NCBI GenBank assembly: GCA_000934665.2
Contig: KZ538257.1
Span: 62,001-90,673 of the forward strand
DNA length: 28,673 nt
Direction: 5' to 3'
Origin: Catajapyx aquilonaris
Lineage: Eukaryota
Of this stretch, positions 10,401 to 27,200 are shown in pieces. Position 1 is the stretch's first letter. Every line of letters starts with the position of its first letter. The translations under genes were made by a program, and so were the position numbers. The notes below the pieces were generated by a model. That model was not told the origin of the DNA, searched no databases, and saw only the letters and a list, made by a program, of their open reading frames with translations.

Positions 10401-11673
10401 GGCTCGCGAGAAAATAATAGATATGTTTGGTAGAATTACCATTAATTTTAATTTAGCGAAATTCTTGGACATGTAACTGATGAAATGCCACACATGTTTT
10501 TCTGAGTGCATTTTCTAGAAAAGAAAAAAAAAAAAATCTATAGGCGGATTCTACTCGCGTTTCTCTTTCATTTGATGTATATGTTGATTGGGTTTTGACC
10601 ACTTCCAATAACCGCAAAAAATTATCCAAAAAGACCCAATTTTCAAAATTTCGCAGACTTGAGAATAAGGATTCATCAGCCAAATAGTACTCATATTTCT
10701 TATGTATCGTGCGAGTGCCACTACCTGACAAACATTTCTTCTCGTGGCAAGAGGTGAAGAGGGGGATGTGATGTAGGTAGTGGAACTAGCAGGATATACC
10801 ATACGTAGAGAAAGAGGCAATTTGGTATATTTCATTCACTATTAAAGCAAAAGGAGGGAATTCATATACATATTTCGTTTAGTAAACATAACTACATTTT
10901 CAGGTGGAGGTGGTGGCCATGGCGGCGGTGGTTTTGGAGGAGGTAAATCTTTCTTATGTATCATCACCTACATTTTTTTACTCAAGGAGTTTTTGATCAG
11001 AAAAACATAAATCAAATTGCCTAAAACTGGCAGCAAAATTTGTAACTGCTTCAAGCATGATTACAAGCGTACATACCATGACCTAAAATTTAAATAATAT
11101 CTTGGTTTTTTAGGTGGGTTTCAGAAAGGAGGTGGCGGTGGAGGTTATGGTGGCGGCGGATTTGGCGGAGGAGGCAAAGGTACATATTGCTCCTGATCAG
11201 CAGGCTAATTCAAACAACAAATACTTGTCAATAATATCTTACTGTTCCTACTATTATTTCAGGATTTGGAGGTGGTGGAAGTGGTTATGGCGGAGGCGGA
11301 GGCGGAAAAGGTAGGCTCACTCTCTAAGTAACTTGAAGATCAGTTTTCCGCATCATTACCACTGCATTGAAACATATTTGTTTCAGGATTTGGCGGAGGT
11401 GGTTTTGGTGGTGGCAAAGGTAGGTGAAGATCTACCTCTTGGCTACCAGCATTGGTGCATACAAATTAAAGATGTTTCCCTTTTAACAGGTGGAGGCGGA
11501 TATGGCGGTGGAGGAAGCGGATATGGCGGAGGTGGAAAGGGAGGTGAGTGAAACACCAGTTACCTAAGAAATTTAATCTAAAAAATTACCAAAAAATCAC
11601 TTTGCAATATGTTTGTATTATTTAATATCTAACTTGTCATTAACACATTCACTTTCTATCTTCAGGTTGGTAA
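7414..11673 (+). CDS. Secreted very glycine-rich protein (GRP-B), nominally about 363 aa, at least 12 exons; cuticle/structural or Gly-rich antimicrobial-like
   Basis: Exons 7414-7425 (MAKL|gtaagt), 8297-8357 (ALLVCLAVVAIHLTDA-GGGG), 8577-8618, 8724-8786, 9209-9259, 9407-10021 (contains the N gap), 10904-10942, 11114-11179, 11263-11310, 11387-11419, 11490-11543, 11666-11673 (GW*). All introns are GT-AG. There is a signal peptide, and the mature chain is poly-G punctuated by Y, F, K, R, H and PWKGS. ATTAAA at 11768-11773. Confidence 0.9.
7595..7721. mobile_element. Short MITE-like element (about 127 bp) in intron 1 of GRP-B
   Basis: TIRs ATCCTCCTGAGACCC (7595-7609) and GGGTCTCAGGAGGAT (7707-7721), each with the palindrome GTACAGTATACTGTAC just inside. 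Confidence 0.75.
8391..8417. repeat. (TCACATG)x~4 short tandem repeat in intron 2 of GRP-B
   Basis: tcacatg tcacatg tcacatg tcacat is directly visible. Confidence 0.9.
8858..9055. mobile_element. MITE (about 198 bp) flanked by TA, Tc1/mariner-pogo-like, in intron 4 of GRP-B
   Basis: ta|AGGTGAAGTGGGGTAAGTGCATA ... TATGCACTTACCCCACTTCACCT|ta. The inverted arms extend about 70 bp (GGGCCGCCATATTGGAAT...GCTGACGACACCAAAACGC), and the left arm has a tandem duplication of GGGGTAAGTGCATA. Confidence 0.85.
9478..9678. other. Assembly gap (201 N) inside the repetitive exon of GRP-B
   Basis: Run of n flanked on both sides by Gly-codon-rich sequence. Confidence 0.99.
10107..10651. mobile_element. Non-autonomous DNA transposon with long (about 150 bp) imperfect inverted arms in intron 6 of GRP-B
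   Basis: AAATTTTGAAAAT...GGATAATTTTT...CCCAATCAACATATACATCAAATGAAAGAG...CGCGAGTAGAAT...AAAATGCACTCAGAAAAACATG (about 10107-10258) is mirrored at about 10491-10651. Exact termini and TSD are not resolvable. Confidence 0.8.
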
Positions 11674-12912
11674 AAGTCAGGAGCTCCCACGGCACCATTG
11701 TTCAAACAGCATTACAGAAGTAAAACCTGGGTTTACTTCAAGCAACTGTACATCGTGTATAAAAAATATTAAAGATATATTTTTATATCAAAACTCTGAA
11801 CTGAATTTTCCCATATCCTGTAAATAAGGGTTCTCAACTCACCTAGATTCAAGGGGCACTAAGCCTGCCACAGACTAAGTAGGGGATGTATTTATGACAC
11901 CTATTGATGTTTAGTCTGATATTTAATCAACATAAAACTGACTCAATTATGATTCAAGGCAGCCAGGCTTGTGATGCAACAATTTTTGTCAATGATGATA
12001 AATGGTAATCAGTTAATTTAGACCTGTTGTGATTGTTTACCTTTGTGATAGAAAGCAGCTCCTTACACAAGTATGGACTTTCAAACACAGAAAGATATCT
12101 GGCGGAAAATATATTTTGATATTAGTAAACTCGACTGCAAATACTCATAGAAATCTGGGATTGCAACCGGGTTGTATTTCTACTTTAAAGCCAAATCGCA
12201 TTGCATTTCAATTAGTTCCATCAAAATAGTATCACACACCTTTCCTGCACTGTAAATGAATAATAAAGCAAACTTTTTTCACTAGAGTTACAGTCTTGAA
12301 ATCTTGTCTCAAACTATGCAATTAAATGCCAAAGTTTGCCAAATAATTGCCACATTTTGTTTGAAGGATTTCTGTGCACGTAATTGCAAATATCCTGGTA
12401 GGCACGCTAATTTTCCATCAGTAGCTAGCTTTACATTTAACTGATTGAGGTGCATTGTGACATCAGAAAGCAATGCATGATCGCAAACCCACTGCTTGTT
12501 CATCAAGAAACTGGAATCTCATGCATTTATTTCTGAAAACAAATTGTGGATTATTTTTTTGGGAAAAAGTGACAAAACCTTATTCGTGACAGCCAACAGA
12601 CGACAAATCTGGACAGTTATTTTTATTTTCAATATTTTAAGGCAACTTGCTGAAAATGCCAAACCTTTCCTTGAACTGATCAGGGCCCAAAAACGTGACA
12701 TCTTCAATCCAAACAAGGATCCTTTCCTTCACTTTTTATCACTCCTATTACAGTAGCCTATAACTCTACCCAGCAGAAGAGAAGTAATGAAGTAATGTGT
12801 CACTTCTCAATGGGATAAACACATTTCAGCTTGATCATCTCAAGGCTACTAATTCACAAAGTAGCGTGATAGAAATTTGTATGCCCAAACTTAATATATT
12901 ATGAGTACTGAA

Positions 12913-13360
12913 GCAGGTTGGTGGAGTGGATAAGGCGTCCGACTGCTAATCGAGAGGTCCTGGGTTCGAGTCCTGGGGCCGGTGATCCTGACTGTGGTTT
13001 TCTGTGGTTTCCCACGGTCCTCCCAGGAAAATTCTGGGGTCGCTGCTGTAAATAATAGGCCACAGCCTCCCCCTTCCTTATTCCTATCCTTGACCCATCC
13101 ATGGGGAGGTGTGGTGTCAGTGGGGAGTTTCTGACCGGCACTTACCCCTAGGTGCAACACTGATCCCCTGGGGGACTGCACACGACCCCCAACATAAAAA
13201 CAACACACTTGCACCAGTGTCCCCTCCTCACAAATCCCTATCCTGATCCCTGCACTAGAGAGAAAAATGCGAAAGAAAATTCGTAAGAAAAAATGGTGGT
13301 ATTCCACCCCGCTAAGGGAGCCAAAAGGCTCCAGCATGGCAGCATGGGGTATCAAATAAT
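12913..13360 (+). mobile_element. tRNA-derived SINE, longest copy in the window
   Basis: The head has an A-box-like TGGTGGAGTGG, then GATAAGGCGTCCGACTGCTAATCGAGA, then the B-box GGTTCGAGTCC. It is followed by a central GTGGTTTTCTGTGGTTTCCC...AGGCCACAGCC...CTTCCT block and a 3' ATGGTGGTATTCCACCCC segment with an A/T-rich end. Related copies lie at 17562-17793 (-) and 4377-4487 (+). Confidence 0.88.
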
Positions 13361-14497
13361 ATAATTTTAAAAAATGTACATTATGAGTTGCATTTATTAT
13401 GACAAGGGACCACAATTCTGCTGCTCGGGCGCCACAAGCAATACGTTTCAGATCCCTGCTGTAAATTTTTATTATCGTTAGCATCATCATAATCATAACT
13501 CTTGTCTGACAGAACTTATTGCAAGTGATGTTCACAACTGCATAGTGATATACTTGGGTTTTTTTTCTCAACTTTAGATTAGTTCTTACCTACTTAAGTG
13601 TTTAATTACTATGGATAACTCCTAAGCAGCTAACAAATCTAAAGTAAATAAATGCTTCTTTGAAATGCATTACAATAATGTGACACATCAGCTAGCCTGG
13701 GAAACAGGCCCCTCGGAGACCACAGAAAACAACCTTGTGCATTGCATGGCATGTAAAGTAATGTAGCAATGTAATAAGAGCTACCTCAGAATTTATTATA
13801 ACCACGAATAATTACACATTTTTAATGAAAATATACCTTGGACTAGGTTGGAAGATTTCTAATGACATGCATATTTATGTCCAACAGATGTTATTTCCCC
13901 GAGATGTAATCGGCACCATATTTGCAGAGTAACACTTAACACTGCTGGGAATTGATTATCACAGTCACAAAAAATGTATGGCACCACTTTCCATTCATAA
14001 TATCTTTTTAATAGCACAACACTTCTAAACTGTCTGTCCATTGTAAATAACACTTCAATAATAACAATATTTACCCATAATATAATTGTGCAGCATTTAA
14101 AATATGGAACTGTCACAAAAACCTGAATAGTTTATGTCATGCACCTGGCAAGTGAGTATTATTGTTGCAATAGAAGCAAGGCTAAAACTACACTACAGTG
14201 ACACTTTTCTTAGCAGAATCATTATGTTCTGCAAAAATGTTCCACATTGAACATGCTTCCATTACATAATCAACGGAAATGCCTCGAAAATGCTTCTCCA
14301 GAAGTAATCAAAAATTCTATAATGGACAAGTCTATCCTTGATTTGTCAGACCAGCTTCACTGTGTTACAAACTTATCCAGCTTTTTATTATTTAAAAATA
14401 GGTGATTTTCACAGCAGTGATAATAATCAATGCTGCACAATTAATCTCATGCCCCGATAGTAAAATATTAAAGGAATGTCCTATGTTGTCTCCTGAG

Positions 14498-15785
14498 TCA
14501 CTCCCTGGCATCATTGACTCCAGCTGGAACTTGAACTTCCAGGCCCTCCATGTCTTTGCTGAGGCACACTTGGCAACCAAGACGCGATCTTTTGAAAACA
14601 CCGAAGTCTGACCTGTTACATCCAAAATGTCACTGTGTAAATATTTATGAAAATTACTTACGTGTCAGAGAGCCCATAAGCTAAGTCCAACATATCTAAC
14701 TCTTCATCTGTAGGCTTCTCAGGCAGTTTGTCATAATCCTCTCGCTTCAGCACCAAATGACACGTGGAACATGAGAGAGTACCTTCACACGCACCTGGAA
14801 ACAAATAGTTCATTATAAAAATGAATATCATGAGAAGATTCTAAGCACTTTGAAACTGACACTGGCAAATCTAAGTGATGCAATATCCTAATCAAATATT
14901 ACCATTTGACCCAAAAACAACACGTCTATATGTAAAGGGCTATCTCTTATTTGCTTCACTTTATCACCATATTATAGTAAGACGTGTGGACTTACTGTAG
15001 GACAGAGAAGGTTATAGTTCCCACATGAGCATTAAAAAACCTGCTAGTGCCTGGGTACAGTACGATACTTGTTGCAAAATTTTATTTCAGGCAACACTAA
15101 TTATGCCATATTACAACTTACCATATCCATCCAGGTCCACATTATTGTTAACGACTACATCCAAAAGGTTATCTCCCACCTTGCCCTTGACGGTGATCCT
15201 CTCGCCATCACCTCTGACAAAGGTCACCGGCACCCTGCGTACAGAAGGACATTTAGAAAATCAAGCCACACGCCAACCAAAGTACATATGCACCCGTGTT
15301 TCTCAGGTACACAACGGACTTTGACCTCCGGAGTGCACTGATAACAGTCACACTCCAAACAGCTCTGATCTCAGCCATGTGTGTATATACACAAGGGCAG
15401 TGATTATACAACCCTTGCCTTTTGCCCTGTGCATGTCATTTCCTTCCCATTATTTTGAAGAGTGAAAAAAAAGCAGTGCCTTCGTCATAAATCAGCTGTA
15501 CACTGTACTCACAAGCGGCTTACACTTCAACGAGTGCGTTGCATGCTACACATCAACTGATTGTCACTCAACAATTAGCCTACCATCGCGTATAAATTAT
15601 CACATGGCTCATGAACACCCTGCGTAATCTCACATCTGCTTCTCCTTGGGCGCCGGAGTGGTGGTGAGCGTCCTTCTCCGAGTGGGTGCAGCCAGCACTG
15701 GGGCGACCACCCTGCCCCGGAGACAGACCAGGGGCCGAGAAGAGGAGGAAGCGCGGAGAAGGACACGCACCAAGGTGGCTGCCAT
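14498..15785 (-). CDS. FDX1: Mitochondrial adrenodoxin-type [2Fe-2S] ferredoxin (vertebrate FDX1-like), 162 aa, 4 exons
   Basis: complement(15634-15785, 15122-15234, 14662-14794, 14498-14588) = 489 nt, all GT-AG. An Arg/Ser/Ala-rich transit peptide ([18 protein letters not shown]...) precedes [48 protein letters not shown]...[45 protein letters not shown]. All four cluster cysteines are present. Minus-strand AATAAA at 14384-14389. The symbol follows vertebrate nomenclature. Confidence 0.96.
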
Positions 15786-16669
15786 CTTGGATTCGCGCGC
15801 TGGGGCAAGTGGAGCACCCTGGCGGCCTAATCGGAAACCACAACACAAGATTAGACAACTGGCGCTGACTAGCGGACAAAATTAGGACTCCGTGGTCTCA
15901 ATATTAGAACGAATTAAAATATAAAAAATAAAATAAAAAATAAAACCGTAATCATAAAAATCACGACAATTGGCATGACTGTATAGTTCGTCAAGGTTGC
16001 GTCTATCATAAATGCAAATAAAAAAATTCTAACGTGTGTCTTATTAGTTCTCCACCATAGGGTGATGCGAAAGGTGTGCACTTTCCTTCTAATATCCTTC
16101 CAATGTTCCTGGAAGAAACAACTCCAATATTGTTATGGCTCTTTAGCTACTTATGAAGATAATTAGCCTACATTATAAATAGCTTCATCATACATGAGAA
16201 TGATCATTGGTTAATAATGAGCAGTGCACACCATGCAGATTTTCTGCAACAAGCGTTTGCATAGCAATAATATATTTTAACCAGCACTTATGGAGAAGTG
16301 GGGAGTACGGAACATTAAAATAATGTGCAGTGAAATTGTGCAACCCAGGTTGTTTATCAACTTATACAACTTGGAGGGGAAAAAATTTAACAGTGCAAAA
16401 AACAAATAGTTCACATATCATGAAGTCATAGTGTCAGGTAATTATCATATAAAAAAGCCAATTAAGCTTAGTTTTTTCTGTATATTTAATACCTGTTCCC
16501 AGGTGGGACGTCTTGTTGGCCTTGATAAGGTTCAGGGATCCAGAGAACTTCTCGGTATAAGGCAGAACACATTAGGACAACCCAATCGCCAACACCGGAT
16601 TATATTGCACTGTTATATTGCAGTGTGTTACAAGAGGACGGCAGTGCATATCAAAGGGTTGGAAGAATA

Positions 16670-21113
<4,444 letters not shown>

Positions 21114-24100
21114 ATTGTGTAGTAATTGTATTTTCAGGTCATCATGCAGTGCCTGGCTCTGATACCAATTAGCTTTGGCCAATAACATTTGCTATAAAGT
21201 CATATCAGGGGTGACCCAAATAGTGGAAAATTGCCCAATTTCCATGATTGTTCTCGACCATATTGTCTTAATCATTAACTTACTTTATATGCGCTTAATT
21301 ATACTTAATAATTTGAAGAAAAAAAACCGCCAAGGTAAACGTTATGCACAATGTGTCGTACCAACGGGGAGTTTTTTTTTACTTTTATTTTATGGCATTT
21401 TATTACAGACGAGAGTCTGAACAGGATTGTCGTAATACGCCTATAGGCATGTTATTAAATAGTACACTGTTGCACGGCTAATAAATGCCTCTCATTGTGC
21501 AATCCGACTATACGCATGATCGCACAACAACCTAGTTATTCTGGTCACTGACTCTACCTCATGTTACCTGGTACTATAGCTGAAAAAGCTACCTTGAACA
21601 AGTATATTGTACGGTACAATGTACTTGTACTTGAACAAGTGTACTTGAACATGTACATTGTACAGTACAGTGCAAGTCACCTAGGCCTACGACAGATCTG
21701 TAATTAATATGCAGTTAATTATTTCCGTGTACCTGGCTCACAAACATGAACGGCTAACTTTTAGACATTACTGTAGCGAGTCATTAGAAGTAAAAAAAAT
21801 GAGGCCTATTATTGCCAACCAATAGTAATGTACCAACACATCTACATGTCATAATTTTTACCAAGTACTGTACGTACAGTACGTCATTACACTATACAAT
21901 TAGCGTCAGAAAATCCTATATCATGCTACAAGCTATTCTGAGATCGACACTAGGCGCTAACCTTCAGGTAAAACAATCAAAACAAAGGAGGTCATTTTTT
22001 TTTGCGGTCCATGAAGAAAGAGTACATGACGTCACGATCGCTGCTTGATACCCAGAGGAAGCAAGTCTTGGAGGTGAGAGTAAGAGTGTCCTTCAAGAGG
22101 TTAGTTTTCATCTGACAGCCCGAAAGGCCAGTGCGCAATGGATTCGTCTTGTGCGTCGCATACACGTGAGTTTTTCGGTGTGTGACAACAATGCCGGTGT
22201 GCACGTGGGTACGAAATGGATTCTATAGGTAGTTTTTGTAGGTGTTGTAATTTCTTAGCTGGAATTGTAACAACCTGCACTATAATGAAATACAATATTT
22301 TACAATATTCTGCTATAGGCAAATATTGTTGTGAGCATTTCAGTTAATAAATACAGTAGTTACGATTGACCTTGAAACAATTTGCCATAATCACCAGTAT
22401 GTAAGTCTAGGCCTGTATATAATCACATAAAAATAACCTGATACATCGTTTAATAACAAGCAGCAATTGCGATAGGTATAATCAGATGAGATCATAACAC
22501 ATATCTTCACATATTAATTTTTGCTGCGTAATATTGGCATTGCATAACATGTATTAGAAATTTATTTGATTGTTTGCTGACCAGTTTGCCACCAGCATAT
22601 CATTGCTGCGTATATTTTTTTAAAATAAAAAAAAACACATTACCATAATTTTATTATTGAAATAGGCACTATATTTAAACTCGAGGGGGAACCACCGTAC
22701 CTGCGAAATGCGTGACCAGTAATCGCAGTTTTACGCCTATATTAATAACATGATGTACTGGTAAGATCCCTAGGCAATTTCCCCATGTTGCAACGTCCGT
22801 GATCGTGCAGCATCGTTGGGTTACACAGAACACGATGAGTTTGCAGCCCGGCTGTACCGAAGGTGAAAGTGTTGTGGACCCACATTTCTCAACACTTGCT
22901 GCTGTAGATTCCGCCTTGAGCAACCTTCTAGCTAATTAGATACCGGTGTGTTTGAAGTGCTCCAGGCAACAAAGGTATTAGTTCCTAGATTGATGATTGT
23001 ATTGTGACACTTGACCCCATCACATTAATCATGGACACATACTTGTTACAGTAGTTATTTTTAATTCTATAGACAGTATAGAGGATACTGGCGAGTCAGA
23101 GACATCTTGTTAATTTTAATAGCAGTTGCGTATGTTTTGACAAAAAGGATTGGAAGTACATATGTTGCATGTTAGTAGTTTACTTCAAGGCGGATGACAT
23201 GCACGTGTGGGCAGGTACTGTAAATAGGGGAAAAATGATAGCAATTAAATGCTTCAGTGTATATTTTATTAATAGCTATTCATTATAAATTATGCTATAT
23301 CTGGTGCACTGTATGTCCTTCACGACTAAACGTTTTTAGATCAAGGTCGTTTTTGTCTGTTAAGGCGAAAAGGTACTGATTGTATTGAAATCTCATTATC
23401 ATTAATATCACAGTTTTGTGATTAGTTCAAATTTGTGTATTTTTGATCATGTAATTAACACTTAATGACCCAACAATGTTGAATATTGTACCATTGATAA
23501 ATGTCATACTTGAGCAACCAGGAAGGCCTGTCATTTGAAAAAAAAACGAAACAAAGAACTACCTCGTGGCTTTAAATTACAGAAAGGAAATGAAGGCTAA
23601 AATTGGCAACTCTTTCTTGCAATGAAGAATGAATCAGAGTCAGGTGAACTTGAGGTTGCTGACTCGTGTCTTCCAAGGACAACACCTAAGATGCTACCTC
23701 TCAACTATGCAAATGCTATAGCTTCAATCTATACAGTAAATGTATTCTTGAGATAAATCGTATAGCCGTAAATGGCTATAAAATGTTTACAGCTCTATTG
23801 CAACACGGTAATGCACCTCCTATTACGTAACTTCTGTACAAGCTCACCTCAAGGTTGTCTTCTTACATACTATAGAAGCTAGGCTAAACTGTCCTGTATC
23901 TTCAAAGATGAATTCAAGTGTTAGGAAGACCTTTACTTTGAATAGATTTGAGGATAAACTACTGTTAGTAATGAAGGTTAAACCGCATAAAGATGGCCCT
24001 TGAGAGGACATTTTACATGCCTGGATGCGTGACCTCTAAGGCTAATTTGTATGGAGGAAATTAACGTCACAGATATCATTACAAGAAAGCATCACTACAC

Positions 24101-24259
24101 GCAATTGACTGTCGAACTATGTACTATGGGCGCCAAAAGAATTGACCGGAGTTGATGGGTATATAGCGCGGTCAATTCTTTTGGCGCTCATAGTACACAA
24201 AGTTTTGAAATAACTTTTGCGACTAAATAAGCTGCTATATTCCAGTAACGGAGCCCAAG

Positions 24260-27200
24260 ATGACAAACGGAGTGTTGAAGGTTCCTGAGGAATTGTCCGG
24301 ATTTCCAGATGCAATCACAGTCCGGAATGCCTTCAAATCATATGGAAGCGGGAAGAAAACATGTCCTGTACTTCACAATTATGAAATGACAGTCAAGCAA
24401 GGATCTCTGTAAGTCTTGCTGGTTCAATTACTTTTAATAACTAAGAAATGACTTTTGTTACCCATCCATTTCAGATATGCCTTATTGGGCGCCAGTGGTT
24501 GTGGAAAAACCACGTTACTCTCTTGCGTTGTAGGAAGACATCATCTTGACTCTGGAGATATCCGGATATTCGGTCATGCACCTGGAACCAAAGAGGCTGG
24601 AGTACCCGGATCCAGAATAGGATACATGCCTCAGGAAATAGCACTTTACTTGGACACTTCCATTGAGGAGATGTTGCAATATTTCGGACTCATTCATCAT
24701 ATGTCAAAACATGATAGGTCTATGCAGATTGCGTTCTTACTCAAGTTCCTACAGCTACCTCACAAAAGTCGACTTATCCACACATTAAGGTATGGCTAAT
24801 GACGTTATTTTTTTATTTAAAAAAATAATTTACCACCATTATTTACGCAGTGGTGGCCAGCAGAGACGGGTGTCATTTGCCATTGCATTGTTGCACCAAC
24901 CAGATTTGCTCATTTTGGATGAACCTACTGTTGGAGTAGATCCTCTATTGCGCCAAACGTGAGTATACAATACTTTTTATGCGTTTACTCAAAAAGTATG
25001 TCACAGTAAAATATTTATTTCGACATTTCATTAATATAAAATTTTCTGTCAGTAAGCCTTTCATGGCGTAATTAATTTATGTGAGTTCTGCTTTTTTAAA
25101 ATAAAAAAAATTCAAATAGCATGTGGTTCTCGCGAACATTTTGGCACGCCATTCTTACGTAAAGTGACATGAACCTTAACTTGTTAGAATTTTTATACGC
25201 GAGCCATGATTACCTGATATTTTTTAAAATACAGAATCCTTTGTTATATGAGAATTGCAAACTAGAAGGGTGAGAAAAACGAATGAAATTATTTCGCAAT
25301 TAAACACGAAATTCTGTTTTATTCTTAGGCTTATTATACGTTCCTAACAAATTATAGGCTCGTGTTTTGACGTACTTTACAGCCTTGCCGTGTTTCTTAT
25401 CCGGGATTGATCTATACTAATAGACTATGCCAGGTTCTCATGAGGGGTCGAACATTCCGATAGAAGCCTATACGGTCATTGTTTGATCCTTCGGTTTTAC
25501 AAGAATATTGTGTTCATTAGCACAGCTTCTGTGCATCTCTGCAGTTAAGGAAATGTTTAATTACTGTACTCGGGAAGGTCAGTGTTAAATTTCTCAAATC
25601 TAATGATTATTGCATGTTACCATGAAAATTATAAGTTTATTGGCATGCAAAAGGGACGGTTTGGAAGCATATACATACTTTGTTAGGTATTTCCTTACTC
25701 GCATCATTATCAAAGTTATGAAGACAGATCGACAAATAGGTCGTCATGTACGGTCGCATGTACGGTCGCATGAAGTAGTCGTCATGAACGGAGCAGCTTT
25801 GTCATATGCAATCTACCATTGCACAACTTCATTACCATTATTGCTCGTTGTTAATACTTTCACCTTCCCAATTCCAGAATCTGGTCCCACCTGCGTCTCC
25901 TTGCTCAAGAGCGTCAAATGACCGTGTTGCTGACCACCCATTACATCGAGGAGGCCCGTCAGGCTCAGATGACTGGCATGATGCGAAGTGGTCACCTTCT
26001 GGCTCAGGACTCTCCAGAGGCCCTCCTGACCCAATACCAGTTCAGGAATCTGGAGGACGTCTTCCTCACCCTTTGTCTCCACGACGACAGGAAGGATGTC
26101 GCTAATGATGGCGCCTCAGAAGTGGCAGTGACGCCCATGCAACATAATAGGAGTGTCAGCAACAGGGCTCAGATGCATAGTAATAATAACAATGTGCCAA
26201 AGCCACAGTTTCTCAGCTCATCATTAGCCAAATCGAATCCTTCTGTGTTGGCCCACGCACGTGCTGTTTTCTATAAGAACTGGAAGCGCCTTCTAAGAAA
26301 GAAAGAGTAAGTGTTTCATATGTGCTCTTTTAAACTCTATTGCAGTGATTACTTGTTTTCAGAACGACAGTTATGTTCACATTGCTGCCTCCAGCCCTGA
26401 TGCTTCTCTTCTGCATGTTCCTGGGAGGAGATCCAAAGGCACTGAAGCTGGCTGTGGTCAACAATGAGTGGCCATCTGATCCAATCTGCCAGCCATACGA
26501 CGACTGCCTTTTTGTCAACCTCAGCTGCAGGTATCTCCACACCATTGACCAAGATATGGTCCAACTGGTTAGTTCATTTTGGCTGGGTTCACATGGGAGT
26601 CGTTAAGTCATTTTGGTCGTTGCGGTTGAGATCCAAAGCCTTGCTGCACCTTCTTTTAGATACCGTACAAGAACGAGGACTCGGCAGTCGAAGCAGTGAG
26701 TAGAGGTGATGTGTGGGGGGTCATCTCTTTTCCTGAGGACTACTCGGACAGCTTGAGCAACAGATTCATCGAAGGCGACAGAGCGGACAACCACACATTG
26801 ATGAATTCCAAGTCCATACTTAGGATGGATATGACAAGTAAGTCTTGGGAGACAAAATGAGCTCATTTATTACCGTTTTAAAATGCACAATCTCCTTTTC
26901 AGATCAGCAAATAGGTTTCATATTGCAGCGAATGTTGGTGTTCCGATTCGGGCAACTTATAAATGACTTGGTGACCTTATGCGATATTCCCAAAGAGCTG
27001 GCAGAACCGCCACTCAATTTTGGAGACCCCATATTTGGAACCAACAAGCCACTATTTCAGGAATTCATGGCTCCTGGTATGCTCTTATGGTGAGTATATA
27101 ACACGTACAATGTGGAACCATTATTATTATGATTATTATTTCAGCATAACGTTTGGGCTGTCACTGGCTATGTGTTCCGGAATGTTAGTGGCGGAGAGAC

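Noticed and set aside
12913..12983. Functional tRNA gene (anticodon GCT)
   Set aside because: The acceptor stem pairs poorly, there is no Ser-type variable arm or immediate poly-T terminator, and it continues into a body shared with another dispersed copy. It is a SINE head.
12891..13571. 226-aa minus-strand ORF
   Set aside because: It runs antisense through the SINE and AT-rich flanks and shows no recognisable domain.
15575..15885. Several overlapping ORFs around 15.6-15.9 kb
   Set aside because: This is the GC-rich first exon and 5' region of the ferredoxin gene. Only the MAATLVR frame splices into the ferredoxin domain.
22027..22034. Perfect CRE palindrome TGACGTCA upstream of ABCH copy 2
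   Set aside because: A single 8-mer with no located TSS is not distinguishable from chance in 28 kb.
25120..25795. Possible TE in ABCH copy 2 intron 3 (CGCGAGCCATG shared with the 10.4-kb element; short GTCGCATGTACG tandem)
   Set aside because: Only an 11-bp match and a 2-3 unit repeat, with no TIR pair or TSD found.
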